Counted from the stretch's first letter, positions 1-13,628 are shown. The stretch: DNA of 64,000 bases from Eledone cirrhosa (GCA_964016885.1 OZ024765.1:8184001-8248000), one strand, 5' to 3'. Notes: generated by a model not told the origin, from the sequence alone. Numbers and translations: made by a program.

Positions 1-335
1 TCTCAAACATGAAAGAAACCACTTTACATAACGTTTTTCTTCGACAAAAGGCAATAGAGTATTTGAAAAGGTGTCTTTTCTTGTCTTGGAACATTGAAAG
101 GAAGCCGCTAGTTCGATTTTTAGACCATTTATAAATTGCTGCCATCTGCTTTAAATGAACTATTTTTCCCGATCAACTTGCAGTCCAATCCTTGTATAAA
201 AACAATTGTACACAAATATTTTGAGCTCTTAGTTGTTTATCAATGGCTAACTTACTCGTTTCTGCTTTCATAATTTTCATCTCTCTTGCATTCACAGGTA
301 TGTGTGTATATTTATTATTATTATTATTATTATCC

Positions 336-1130
336 CGCCGAGGTTGACTTTGCCTTTCATCCTTACAGGGGGTCGATAAAATAAAGTACCAGTAATGTAC
401 TGAGTAATTGCTGGCCTTGTGCCTAAAGTAGAAACAATTATTATTATTATCCTTATTATAAAGAACCAGTAATACACTGGGATCGATATAATTAACTCTC
501 CCCTCCCCCCAAATTACTGGCCTTGTGCCTATACTAGAAATTATTATCATTATCTGAGTTCAAATCGCGGTCAATAAAATAAAGTACCAGTAATACACTG
601 GGGTAATTGCTGGCTTTGTGCCAAAAGTAGAAACAATTATCCTTATTATAAAGTACCAGTATTGTACTGGGGTTAACATAATCAACTTTCCTTCTCCCCA
701 AAATTGTTGGCCTTGCGTCTAATCCCGCCAAGGTTAACTTTGCCTTTCATCCTTACGGGGTCGATAAAATAAAGTACCAGTAATACACTGGGTAATTGCT
801 GGCCTTGTGCCAAAAGTAGAAACCGAGGTTAACTTTGCCTTTCATCCTTACAGGGTCGATAAAATAAAGTACCAGTAATACACTGGATAATTGCTGACCT
901 TGTGCCAAAAGTAGAAACAATTATTTTTATTATTATTAGGGCGGTGGATTGGCAGTATCGGTAGAGGGTCGGGCGCCATGCTATGACGCATAGAGTTACG
1001 CCCCTTGGACTTCTGAGTTCAAATCCCGCCGAGGTTAACTTTGCCTTTCATCCTTACGGGGTGGATAAAATTAAGTACCAGTAATACACTGGAATAATTG
1101 CTGGCCTTGTGCCAATAGTAAAAACAATTA
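336..1130 (+). mobile_element. Cluster of tRNA-derived SINE family A copies (four partial, one full-length at 938-1130)
   Basis: A box TGGCAGTATCGG, B box GAGTTCAAATCC, core gttaactttgcctttcatccttacggggtcgataaaataaagtaccag, (ATT)n tails. Confidence 0.85.
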
Positions 1131-1224
1131 TTTGCGCATCATCACTGCTTTACCGAGTACAGCTCTGTGCACCTTGGCCATGTGCAGTGTAGTTTTTGTT
1201 GATGTTGTTTCTATTGTATTTCAT

Positions 1225-3432
1225 AATATATATATACAGTACCTAGAAGTGCTGTCTTTTGTATGCTGTATATATTTGTAAGTCCTGTGGCACTCTATAT
1301 AATATATATACAGTACCTAGTAGTGCTATATTTGTATGCTGTATATATTTGTAAGTCTTGTGGTACTCTATATAATATATATACAGTACCTGGTAGTGTT
1401 ATCTTCTGTATGTTGTATATATTTGTAAGTCCTGTGGTACTCTTTATAATATATATACAGTACCTAGAAGTGCTGTCTTTTGTATACTGTATATATTTGT
1501 AAGTCTTGTGGTACTCTATATAATATATATACAGTACCTAGAAGTGCTGTCTTTTGTATACTGTATATATTTGTAAGTCCTGTGGCACTCTATATAATAT
1601 ATATACAGTACCTGGTAGTGCTGTCTTTTGTATGCTGTATATATTTGTAAGTCCTGTGGTACTCTATATAATATATATACAGTACCTTGTAGTGCTATCT
1701 TCTGTATGTTGTATATATTTGTAAGTCCTGGGGTACTCTATATAATATATATACAGTACCTAGTAGTGCTATCTTCTGTATGCTGTATATATTTGTAAGT
1801 CCTGTGGCACTCTATATAATATATATACAGTACCTGGTAGTGCTGTCTTTTGTATGCTGTATATATTTGTAAGTCCTGTGGTACTCTATATAATATATAT
1901 ACAGTACCTAGTAGTGTTATCTTCTGTATGATGTATATATTTGTAAGTCCTGTGATACTCTATATAATATATATACAGTACCTAGTAGTGTTATCTTCTG
2001 TATGCTGTATATATTTGTAAGTCCTGTGGTACTCTATATAATATATATACAGTACCTAGTAGTGCTATCTTTTGTATGTTGTATATATTTGTAAGTCCTG
2101 TGGTACTCTATATAATATATATACAGTACCTAGTAGTGCTATCTTTTGTATGCTGTATATATTTGTAAGTCTTGTGGTACTCTATATAATATATATACAG
2201 TACCTAGTAGTGCTATCTTCTGTATGTTGTATATATTTGTAAGTCCTGTGGTACTCTATATAATATATATACAGTACCTAGTAGTGCTATCTTTTGTATG
2301 CTGTATATATTTGTAAGTCTTGTGGTACTCTATATAATATATATACAGTACCTGGTAGTGCTATCTTTTGTATGCTGTATATATTTGTAAGTCCTGTGGT
2401 ACTCTATATAATATATATACAGTACCTAGTAGTGCTATCTTTTGTATACTGTATATATTTGTAAGTCTTGTGGTACTCTATATAATATATATACAGTACC
2501 TGGTAGTGCTATCTTTTGTATGCTGTATATATTTGTAAGTCCTGTGGTACTCTATATAATATATATACAGTACCTAGTAGTGCTATCTTTTGTATGCTGT
2601 ATATATTTGTAAGTCTTGTGGTACTCTATATAATATATATACAGTACCTGGTAGTGCTATCTTTTGTATGCTGTATATATTTGTAAGTCCTGTGGTACTC
2701 TATATAATATATATACAGTACCTAGTAGTGCTATCTTTTGTATGTTGTATATATTTGTAAGTCCTGTGGTACTCTATATAATGTATATACAGTACCTAGT
2801 AGTGCTATCTTTTGTATGCTGTATATATTTGTAAGTCCTGGGGTACTCTATGATATATATATATATATATACAGTACCTAGTGGCGCTATCTTTTGTATG
2901 CTGTATATATTTGTAAGTCCTGTGGTAGTCTATATAATATATATACAGTACCTGGTAGTGCTATATTTGGATGTTGTATATATTTGTAAATCCTGTGGTA
3001 CTCTTTATAATATATATACAGTACCTAGTAGTGCTATCTTTTGTATGCTGTATATATTTGTAAGTCCTGTGGTAGTCTATATAATATATATACAGTACCT
3101 AGTAGTGCTATATTTGTATGTTGTATATATTTGTAAGTCCTGTGGTACTCTATATAATATATATACAGTACCTAGTAGTGCTATATTTGTATGTTGTATA
3201 TATTTATAAGTCCTGTGGTACTCTTTATAATATATATACAGTACCTGGTAGTGCTATATTTGTATGTTGTATATATTTGTAAATCCTGTGGTACTCTTTA
3301 TAATATATATACAGTACCTAGTAGTGCTATCTTTTGTATAATGTATATATTTGTAAGTCCTGTGGTACTCTATATAATATATATACAGTACCTAGTAGTG
3401 CTATCTTCTGTATGTTATATATTTTTAAGTCC
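1225..3432. repeat. 74-bp minisatellite, about 30 copies
   Basis: Unit acagtacctagtagtgctatcttttgtatgctgtatatatttgtaagtcctgtggtactctatataatatatat; period 74 (2271 to 2345). Confidence 0.95.
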
Positions 3433-4825
3433 TGGAGTTTTGCTTATGTATTTGTCTATGTTTCTTTTATCATTCCCAGAGCACCTATTATTGTAGGTAT
3501 TGTTTCTGTTTTTATTTTCCACATTCGAGTTATTTCTATCTCTAGATCTTTATATTTGGAGATTTTCTCTATTTCCTTGGAAGATATATTGTCATCTGTG
3601 GGGATTGATACATCAATTAGAAGGCAATTCTTTTCTTTGAGGTCTTTGACTATAATATCTGGTCAGTTGGTCTTGCTCTCTCTATCTGTATGTATTGGCA
3701 TATCCCAGGGAATGGTTACTTTGTCATTCTCTGACACCTTTTCTGGTGTGTGTTTGTACCATCTTTTTTTCTGATGATATTTTATAATGCTGGCATAACT
3801 TCCAGTGTATGAAGATCCCAACTCTATGATGCCTGTGGACATATTCCTTTTTGGTTAGTGCTGGGCATCCAGAGACTATGTGGTTGATTGTCTCTTCCCT
3901 ATCTCCACATATTCTACAGTTACTTTTAGTGCTTTGTTTCATTATGTACTTCCAGTAGTTTCTGGTAGGTAGACTCTGGTCCTGCGCTGCAATTAGAAAT
4001 CCTTCTATCTCAGCTTTTAGTCCAGTGCTTGAAAGCCAGTTTTGTGTGTTTTCTTTGTCTACTTCCTTTCTATTTAGCTTTTTTTTTGTATTAGCCATAG
4101 AAGGATTTCTCTTGCCATTGTTTTAACATGGCATTCTGGATAAATTTTTTTGTCTTTCACAATTTCTATTGTTTTTTGTTTTCATTTTCCTCACAATTAT
4201 CTGTTAGTCCAGTTTCTGATTCGAATTTGTTGGCGTCCTTGAAGACTGAGAACAGTTTTTTGTTTTGATCATGTTTTGTGGCTCTTTGTATTAGCTTTCT
4301 TTTGTTTTTTATTACATATTTTTCTAGTCCTGCAGCAGTTATTTTATAAGAGTTTTCTAGTTGCATAAGGCCCCTTGCTCCTTTTGTTCTTGGTAGGTAT
4401 ATTCTTTCTATCTCTGAGTTTAGATGATGTATTCTAAATGCAGTCATTATTTTTCTTGTGTTTTTCTATCTATTCCAGTTAGTTCTGGTAGTGTCCAATT
4501 CAGAATATTAAAGCTGTAGCTCATTACTTGGACTGCTAAAGTGTTGATGCCAATCACCTTAATCTTTACATTTAGTTCAGTTTTGAGTATTAACCTAATT
4601 CTTCTGTAGTATTCTTTTCTAATCTTTTCTTTCATCTGTGTGTGTTGAATTTTATCTAGTTCGTTAATTCCTAAGTACTTGTAAGCGTTTGATCTATCTT
4701 CTCTTATCTCAGTTACTTAATCTAACATGATATTAATGTTTCTCACTAATTTCCCTCTTCAGAGTTGCCTTGGCAAATTTTTCTAATCCAAATTTCATAC
4801 CTATTTCTTTTGTGAATCCGTGTAA
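3433..4825 (-). mobile_element. Degenerate non-LTR retrotransposon 3' half (RT thumb, CCHC finger, restriction-like endonuclease; R4/Dong-like)
   Basis: Frameshifted pieces EYYRRIRLILKTELN, ERIYLPRTKGARGL, EGFLIAAQDQSLPTRNY, CRICGDREETINHIVSGC..YVHRH, then PDII...LIDVSIP...EKISKYKDL. Confidence 0.88.
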
Positions 4826-4863
4826 CTTTGTATACATATAAAACTGTTTGATAATATTTTCAG

Positions 4864-5029
4864 AATGTCGTCATCGCAATAACAATCGCCATATTGTAAA
4901 TGGAACAGGGGCCAAGAAATGTGAATACCCTCACATAGTATTCGTCCTCATTAAAAAAGGAGGGAAAACATTTGCCTGTGGTGGATCCCTCTTAGATAGT
5001 AAACATGTCCTTACAGCTGCCCACTGTGT
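4864..5029 (+). CDS. Serine protease 1, exon 2 (ECRHRNNNRH-IVNG...TAAHCV)
   Basis: tttcag acceptor ends at 4863 and gtgagt donor starts at 5030; contains CGGSL and TAAHC. Confidence 0.95.
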
Positions 5030-5195
5030 GTGAGTATATTTAAATATATTTAAATATATCATCATCATCATATATACATATATATATTATATATATATAC
5101 ATATATATATAATATATATATACATATAATATATATATATATATTTAATATAAGAATTCTTCCAAAGGACTAGAACTATATATTATATATATATA

Positions 5196-5227
<32 letters not shown>

Positions 5228-5282
5228 TTAATATAGAAATGCTTCTATAGTGCAAGAAATATATATCATATATATATATATA

Positions 5283-5540
5283 TCATCATCATCATCACCG
5301 TTTTATGTCCGTTCTTCCACATTAGCATGGGTTAGACGGGTTGTCCTGTTGTGGGCAGTGTCCAGTCAGCTGACCTTGTCTTGCTCACACGGGAACTGAT
5401 TCTGACTTGATTTCTACAGCTGGATGCCCTTCCTAACACCAACCTCATTTACAGTGAGTGCTAGGTGCTTTTTCGTGGCGCCTACACGTCCACTTTACAG
5501 TGTGGGCTGGGTGCTTTTTGCTGTGGCGCCTACACATGAT
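5283..5540 (-). mobile_element. SINE family B 3' part with (GAT)n tail
   Basis: Contains ctggatgcccttcctaacaccaacc and the catcatcat tail; same as 45570-45801, 14117-14470 and 43115-43368. Confidence 0.75.
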
Positions 5541-5664
5541 TGAAATAGGATTAGAGGGTGGGAGCAGCAGAATTTTTGGTAAATTACCTATTGCTAAGGG
5601 CCACCCTAATATATATATATGTATAACACACACAAACTTTGATACTTTACACAATAAACCTTTA

Positions 5665-5729
<65 letters not shown>

Positions 5730-5731
<2 letters not shown>

Positions 5732-6092
5732 AACCCTTTAGCATTCACATTATTTTATATATATTATTATATTTTCATGGTAAAGGCTTTACCTCATATG
5801 ATATCTCACAGAACATTTACATTACTCTATATATACAATTATATTTTCATGGTAAAGGCTTTACCTCACATAATATCTCACATAACATTTACATTACTCT
5901 ATATATACTATTATATTTTCATGGTAAAGGCTTTACCTCACATGATATCTCACAGAACATCGAATCTATGAGATGTTGAAAGTATTTATTTTGAGAACAA
6001 TACCAGTTTGTGCGACCAGTTACAGCCAGTTTCAACAGAAAGAGGTTGAGAATTCTGGCCGGTTTTGTCCAGTTTGAACACTAAAGGTTTAA
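5730..6092. mobile_element. piggyBac-like MITE carrying about 3 units of the 72-bp satellite
   Basis: TTAA-ccctttagcattc ... gaacactaaaggt-TTAA, i.e. an imperfect TIR with TTAA target duplication. Confidence 0.6.
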
Positions 6093-6279
6093 ACATACAC
6101 ATACACTCACACATAATATCAACACTAACACACACACACTCCATTTTGCATTTCAACTTGTTACCAATACACCCAATGGTATGTCTTGTTTAAAGCCTGA
6201 CATGTCAAACTTTCTTTACCCTTCTCCATATAAAGCGTGAAACTAATAAGACTTTTCATTTCCATGAACTATATGTGTG

Positions 6280-6322
<43 letters not shown>

Positions 6323-6391
6323 TTAAATTACCGGTTTAATCCATCCTGACAGGTACTTTTTTTATTTTTATCAAAAGGATGACAAGCAAAG

Positions 6392-7330
6392 TTGACCTAG
6401 GAGGCTTTGGGGACTCAGAGGGCTCAGTAAGCCAGAACTGTTGATCTAGGAGGCTTTGGGGACTCAGAGGGATCAGTAAGCCAGAACTGTTGATCTTTGA
6501 GGCCTTGGGGACTCAGAAGGCAACAGAAAGCCAGAACTGTTGATCTAGGAGGCTTTGGGGACTCAGAGGGCTCAGTAAGCCAGAACTGTTGATCTTTGAG
6601 GCCTTGGGGACTCAGGAGGCAACAGAAAGCCAGAACTGTTGATCTAGGAGGCTTTGGGGACTCAGAGGGCTCAGTAAGCCAGAACTGTTGATCTTTGAGG
6701 CCTTGGGGACTCAGGAGGCAACAGAAAGCCAGAACTGTTGATCTAGGAGGCTTTGGGGACTCAGAGGGCTCAGTAAGCCAGAACTGTTGATCTTTGAGGC
6801 CTTGGGGACCCAGGAGGCAACAGAAAGCCAGAACTGTTGATCTAGGAGGCTTTGGGGACTCAGAGGGCTCAGTAAGCCAGAACTGTTGATCTTTGAGGCC
6901 TTGGGGACTCAGGAGGCAACAGAAAGCCGGAACTGTTGATCTAGGAGGCTTTGGGGACTCAGAGGGCTCAGTAAGCCAGAACTGTTGATCTTTGAGGCCT
7001 TGGGGACTCAGGAGGCAACAGAAAGCCAGAACTGTTGATCTAGGAGGCTTTGGGGACTCAGAGGGCTCAGTAAGCCAGAACTGTTGATCTTTGAGGCCTT
7101 GGGGACTCAGGAGGCAACAGAAAGCCGGAACTATTGATCTAGGAGGCTTTGGGGACTCAGAGGGCTCAGTAAGCCAGAACTGTTGATCTTTGAGGCCTTG
7201 GGGACTCAGGAGGCAACAGAAAGCCAGAACTATTGATCTAGGAGGCTTTGGGGACTCAGAGGGCTCAGTAAGCCAGAACTGTTGATCTTTGAGGCCTTGG
7301 GGACTCAGGAGGCAACAGAAAGCCAGAACG
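6392..7330. repeat. Higher-order minisatellite of alternating 49- and 50-bp subunits (99-bp dimer, about 9 copies)
   Basis: gatctaggaggctttggggactcagagggctcagtaagccagaactgtt alternates with gatctttgaggccttggggactcaggaggcaacagaaagccagaactgtt. Confidence 0.95.
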
Positions 7331-7369
7331 CTGACGTAGTAAACCTTTTCTGTTAATATTTCTTTACAG

Positions 7370-7494
7370 GGACTCCGACGTTGAAAAGGTTGAAGCGTTC
7401 TTTGGGAGCCCAAACCAATATTTCATGAAGCATCGTATTGTGGCAGAATTAGTAGTGAGTCACGAAGAATATACCGAGAAAGAATTCACAGTTG
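7370..7494 (+). CDS. Serine protease 1, exon 3 (DSDVEKVEAFFGS...HEEYTEKEFTV)
   Basis: tttacag acceptor, gtaata donor; 125 bp like paralog exon 3; phases 2 and 1 fit the neighbours. Confidence 0.9.
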
Positions 7495-7711
7495 GTAATA
7501 ATATATTTTATTTTTAATACAGACAGACAGAATTTTAGGTACTTTGTTTCATCCCTTAACCTTTTGTGACCATCACGCTAAAACTGGCTCTGGTTCTATG
7601 AAATAAAATCACCTATTTTAAAGGTTCCAATTTAAATTAGTTATGAAATAATTATTTTAGTAAATCCCTCAAAATTCTTCATTAATTAATTTAAATACAG
7701 GGTTCCTTTTC

Positions 7712-9195
7712 CTATTGTATTGTCACAATAAAGGCTTTACCTCACATAATATCTCACATAACATTTACATTACTGTGAAAATACAATAGTATATATAGAG
7801 TAATGTAAATGTTATGTGAGATATTATGTGAGGTAAAGCCTTTACTGTGAAAATACAATAGAATATATAGAGTAAAGGCTTTACCTCACATAATATCTCA
7901 CATAACATTTACATTACTCTATATATACTATTGTATTTTCACAGTAAAGGTTTTACCTCACATAATATCTCACATAACATTTACATTACTCTATATATAC
8001 TATTGTATTTTCACAGTAAAGGCTTTACCTCACATAATATCTCACATAACATTTACATTACTCTATATATACTATTGTATTTTCACAGTAAAGGCTTTAC
8101 CTCACATAATATCTCACATAACATTTACATTACTCTATATATACTATTGTATTGTCACAGTAAAGGCTTTACCTCACATAATATCTCGCATAACATTTAC
8201 ATTACTCTATATATACTATTGTATTTTCACAGTAAAGGCTTTACCTCACATAATATCTCACATAACATTTACATTACTCTATATATACTATTGTATTTTC
8301 ACAGTAAAGGCTTTACCTCACATAATATCTCACATAACATTTACATTACTCTATATATACTATTGTATTTTCACAGTAAAGGCTTTACCTCACATAATAT
8401 CTCACATAACATTTACATTACTCTATATATACTATTGTATTTTCACAATAAAGGCTTTACCTCACATAATATCTCACATAACATTTACATTACTCTATAT
8501 ATACTATTGTATTTTCACAGTAAAGGCTTTACCTCACATAATATCTCACATAACATTTACATTACTCTATATATACTATTGTATTTTCACAGTAAAGGCT
8601 TTACCTCACATAATATCTCACATAACATTTACATTACTCTATATATACTATTGTATTTTCACAGTAAAGGCTTTACCTCACATAATATCTCACATAACAT
8701 TTACATTACTCTATATATACTATTGTATTTTCACATTAAAGGCTTTACCTCACATAATATCTCACATAACATTTACATTACTCTATATATACTATTGTAT
8801 TTTCACAGTAAAGGCTTTACCTCACATAATATCTCACATAACATTTACATTACTCTATATATACTATTTTATTTTCACAGTAAAGGTTTTACCTCACATA
8901 ATATCTCACATAACATTTACATTACTCTATATATACTATTGTATTGTCACAGTAAAGGTTTTACCTCACATAATATCTCACATAACATTTATATTACTCT
9001 ATATATACTATTGTATTGTCACAGTAAAGGCTTTACCTCACATAATATCTCACATAACATTTACATTACTCTATATATACTATTGTATTGTCACAGTAAA
9101 GGCTTTACCTCACATAATATCTCACATAACATTTACATTACTCTATATATACTATTTTATTTTCACAGTAAAGGTTTTACCTCACATAATATCAA
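7712..9195 (+). repeat. 72-bp satellite array (about 20 units, with a short inverted segment near 7770-7875)
   Basis: Unit tattgtattttcacagtaaaggctttacctcacataatatctcacataacatttacattactctatatatac. Confidence 0.95.
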
Positions 9196-9528
9196 AGCTA
9201 TGAGATTTTGATGTTATTTATTTTGAGAACAATACCTCAAGTATGAGTTGCAGGTTACGGCTGGTTTGAACTGAAAGAGATGACAGAGTTCTGGCCGTTT
9301 ACAGCCGGTTTAAATGCTGAAGTGTTAAATTAAAATCTTCTAAAATAATTTTATTTAAGAACCTTACATTAAGTTACTGTCTTAGTAATGAAATAATTAA
9401 TAATTTTAGTAATAGGGCCCGGGCTAGATGCCCCCCCCTCCCCTACTAAATTCAGCCGTGACCTTAGTTGAGGGTGGGGACAAATACCAAGTTAATAAGT
9501 AAATACTGTTTTATTTTTTATATTTCAG

Positions 9529-9660
9529 TTAACGATATAGCTGTAATTAAACTAAGTAAGGAGGTACCTGTCACTGATTGCCTCAGACCTATTCAGATGG
9601 CCACCACTAATGACACTTTTGTTGGGGATTGTCATATTGCTGGCTGGGGAAGAGTTACAT
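9529..9660 (+). CDS. Serine protease 1, exon 4 (NDIAVIKL...CHIAGWGRVT)
   Basis: tttcag and gtaagt boundaries; Asp102 motif and GWG motif. Confidence 0.95.
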
Positions 9661-9669
9661 GTAAGTAGA

Positions 9670-10367
9670 GTTATGTTGTTGTTGTTGGTGGTGGTGTGTA
9701 GTGGTTGTGTGTAGTGGTGGTGTGTAGTGGTGGTGGTGGTGGTTGTAGTGGTGGTGATGGTGGTGGTGGTGTTTAGTGGTGGTGGTGTTTAGTGGTGATG
9801 GTGGTGGTGTGTGGTGGTGGTGTGTAGTGGTGGTGGTGTGTAGTGGTGGTGGTGGTGTGTAGTGGTGGTGATGGTGGTGGTGGTGGTGTTTAGTGGTGGT
9901 GGTTGTGGTGGTGGTGGTGGTGGTGGTGTTGTTGTTGGTGGTGGTGGTGGTGTTGTTGTAGTTGTTGTTGGTTGTGGTGGTGTAGCGATGGTGGTGGTGG
10001 TGTGGTGGTATTGTGGTGGTGGTGGTGGTATTGATGGTGGTGGTGATGGTGGTGGTGGTGGTGTTTAGTGGTGGTGGTTGTGGTGGTGGTGGTGGTGGTG
10101 GTGGTGGTGTTGTTGTAGTTGTTGTTGGTTGTGGTGGTGTAGCGATGGTGGTGGTGGTGTGGTGGTATTGTGGTGGTGGTGGTGGTATTGATGGTGGTGT
10201 TGATGGTGGTGGTGGTGGTGTTTAGTGGTGGTGGTTGTGGTGGTGGTGGTGGTGGTGGTGGTGTTGTTGTAGTTGTTGTTGGTTGTGGTGGTGTAGCGAT
10301 GGTGGTGGTGGTGTGGTGGTATTGTGGTGGTGGTGGTGGTATTGATGGTGGTGTTGATGGTGGTGGT
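9670..10367. repeat. (GGT)n/(GTT)n degenerate microsatellite filling intron 4 of protease 1
   Basis: Direct reading; includes larger duplicated blocks of roughly 150-160 bp. Confidence 0.95.
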
Positions 10368-10381
10368 CTTTCTATCTGCAG

Positions 10382-10524
10382 ATAACTCCAGTACGTCCGT
10401 GAAACTAAACCGTGCCGAGGTACCAATTGTATCGAAGGAAATATGTAAGGAACACGCGGATGACATCGGAGACCAACATATTTGTGCAGGAGAGCTCGTG
10501 TCTAATGGGACGACAACTTGTGTT
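10382..10524 (+). CDS. Serine protease 1, exon 5 (YNSSTSVKL...ICAGELVSNGTTTCV)
   Basis: ctgcag and gtaagt boundaries; Cys168, Cys182 (CAG) and Cys191. Confidence 0.95.
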
Positions 10525-10690
10525 GTAAGTCAGACACTATTTCATTACTGTTGTTGTTTAATTCTACGGTTTCTTCTGTGGCTTTCACTGTTTTCGTATA
10601 TTATCATCATCATCACCATTTTATGTCCATTCTTCCACGCTAGCATGGGTTAGACAGGTTGTCCTGTTGTGGGCAATGCCAAGTCAATGC

Positions 10691-11970
10691 CAATCTGTCT
10701 ACCAGTAAAGATACTATAAACATTTAGTATAAAACAACACTATGACTACATCACATTAAATACTAAAGTCTTTACTGTAATACTGTAAATATTCACAACA
10801 ATCTGTCCACCAGTAAAGATACTATAAACATTTAGTATAAAACAACACTATGACTACATCACATTAAATACTAAAGTCTTTACTGTAATACTGTAAATAT
10901 TCACAACAATCTGTCCACCAGTAAAGATACTATAAACATTTAGTACAAAACAACACTGACTACATCACATTAAATACTAAAGTCTTTACTGTAATACTGT
11001 AAATATTCACAACAATCTGTCCACCAGTAAAGATACTATAAACATTTAGTACAAAACAACACTATGACTACATCACATTAAATATTAAAGTCTTTACTGT
11101 AATACTGTAAATTTTCACAACAATCTGTCTACCAAAAAAGATACTATAAACATTTAGTACAAAACAACACTATGACTACATCACATTAAATATTAAAGTC
11201 TTTACTGTAATACTGTAAATATTCACAACAATCTGTCCACCAGTAAAGATACTATAAACATTTAGTACAAAACAACACTATGACTACATCACATTAAATA
11301 TTAAAGTCTTTACTGTAATACTGTAAATTTTCACAACAATCTGTCCACCAGTAAAGATACTATAAACATTTAGTACAAAACAACACTATGACTACATCAC
11401 ATTAAATATTAAAGTCTTTACTGTAATACTGTAAATTTTCACAACAATCTGTCCACCAGTAAAGATACTATAAACATTTAGTACAAAACAACACTATGAC
11501 TACATCACATTAGATATTAAAGTCTTTACTGTAATACTGTAAATATTCACAACAATCTGTCCACCAGTAAAGATACTATAAACATTTATTACAAAACAAC
11601 ACTGACTACATCACATTAAATACTAAAGTCTTTACTGTAATACTGTAAATATTCACAACAATCTGTCCACCAGTAAAGATACTATAAACATTTAGTACAA
11701 AACAGCACTATGACTACATCACATTAAATACTAAAGTCTTTACTGTAATACTGTAAATTTTCACAACAATCTGTCCACCAGTAAAAATACTATAAACATT
11801 TAGTACAAAACAACACTGACTACATCACATTAAATACTAAAGTCTTTACTGTAATACTGTAAATATTCACAACAATCTGTCCACCAGTAAAGATACTATA
11901 AACATTTAGTACAAAACAACACTATGACTACATCACATTAAATATTAAAGTCTTTACTGTAATACTGTAA
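10691..11970. repeat. 108-bp minisatellite, about 12 copies
   Basis: Unit begins caatctgtccaccagtaaagatactataaac; period 108 (10691 to 10799). Confidence 0.95.
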
Positions 11971-12034
11971 TACACATTAGCAAGACAATTTCGAAAGTGA
12001 CAAAGACAATGGCAAAAAAACTGCCACTGACAAT

Positions 12035-12491
12035 GTTGATGATGATGATGGTAGTAGTGGCGGTGATGGTGATGATGGTGGTGGTGGTGATGGTGATGAT
12101 GATGATAAAGGTGATGGTGATGGTGATGATGATGATGATGATGATAAAGGTGATGATGGTGATGATGATGGTGATGATGGTGATGATAATGGTGATGGTG
12201 GTGATGCTGGTGGTGGTGGTGATGGTGATGGTGATGATGATGATAAAGGTGATGATGGTGATGGTGATGATGATGGTGTTGATGGTGATGATGGTGATGC
12301 TGGTGGTGGTGGTGATGGTGATGATGATAAAGGTGATGGTGGTGATGGTGGTGATGATGATGGTGATGATGATGATGGTGATGATAATGGTGATGATGGT
12401 GATGATAATGGTGATGATGATGATGATGATGGTAATGAAGATGATTACGATATGATAAGATAATGATGACTCTGATAATGGTGAGTACGAC

Positions 12492-12535
<44 letters not shown>
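12035..12535. repeat. (GAT/GGT)n microsatellite
   Basis: Direct reading. Confidence 0.95.
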
Positions 12536-12642
12536 CAATCCATGTGGTTATATGATATATGATATGATACGATACGATACTAACTATGATGTTGATGCTA
12601 ACCTCCCATAAACCCTAACCATATCTCCTCTATCTTCCACAG

Positions 12643-12804
12643 GGAGACTCAGGAGGACCATTGATCTGCAACCGAGCTTCCGACAACACCCTCGTGTTGG
12701 TTGGTGTTGTATCTTATGGCTGGGAATGTAGCGAAGGTCTCTCCATCTTCGCGAGTGTCGCCTACTTTAAATCTTGGATTACAGAGATTTTGAACAGATT
12801 CTAA
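12643..12804 (+). CDS. Serine protease 1, exon 6 (GDSGGPLIC...GVVSYG...WITEILNRF*)
   Basis: ccacag acceptor; catalytic Ser motif; TAA at 12802-12804. Confidence 0.95.
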   Translation, partial: GDSGGPLICNRASDNTLVLVGVVSYGWECSEGLSIFASVAYFKSWITEILNRF

Positions 12805-12824
12805 GATTCTAATAGTAAAAAACA

Positions 12825-12855
12825 TGTATAGTATATATGTATGTATGTATGTATG

Positions 12856-12889
<34 letters not shown>

Positions 12890-12893
12890 TGTA

Positions 12894-12936
<43 letters not shown>

Positions 12937-12943
12937 GTGTATG

Positions 12944-12980
<37 letters not shown>

Positions 12981-13036
12981 ATGTATGTATGTATATATAT
13001 GTATGTATGTATATATATATATATATATATAAATAC

Positions 13037-13073
<37 letters not shown>

Positions 13074-13121
13074 AATACATATATATATATAAATACATAT
13101 ATATATATATATATATACATA

Positions 13122-13153
<32 letters not shown>

Positions 13154-13194
13154 CATACATATATATGTATATATATATATATATATATAAATAC

Positions 13195-13228
<34 letters not shown>

Positions 13229-13543
13229 GTGTATATATATATATAAATACATATATATATATATATATATACATATATATGTATATATATATATACATAT
13301 ATATATACATATATATGTGTATATGTATATATATACATATATATACATATATATGTATATATGTATGTATGTATATATATATATATACATATATATGTAT
13401 ATATGAATATATATATATATATACATATATATATGTATGTATATATATATATATATATGTATATCTATATACATATACGCACATATACATGTGTGTATAT
13501 TTATATATGAATGCGGGAAACTGAAAACAATATCTCATATACT

Positions 13544-13577
<34 letters not shown>

Positions 13578-13628
13578 TATACACACACACAGATATTTAC
13601 ACACACACATATATATATATATATACAT

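Larger units (their letters stand above)
4864..12804 (+). other. Serine protease gene 1 (peptidase S1A, chymotrypsin fold), 5'-incomplete; join(4864-5029,7370-7494,9529-9660,10382-10524,12643-12804)
   Basis: Five exons with GT-AG boundaries and compatible phases give one open frame with IVNG N-terminus, TAAHC (His57), NDIA (Asp102) and GDSGGP (Ser195). Exons 3-5 have the same lengths as in the paralog (125/132/143 bp). No signal-peptide exon was found in 1-4863. Confidence 0.95.

Noticed and set aside
938-1030. tRNA-like A and B boxes as tRNA genes
   Set aside because: They are multi-copy SINE heads followed by SINE core and tail; no complete cloverleaf.
6424-7413. 329-aa repeat ORF on the minus strand
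   Set aside because: It is the 99-bp higher-order minisatellite in a protease intron and overlaps exon 3 antisense.
4864-12804. Protease 1 as a pseudogene because it lacks an ATG and signal peptide
   Set aside because: All five exons are intact and in phase; exon 1 is most likely upstream of the window.
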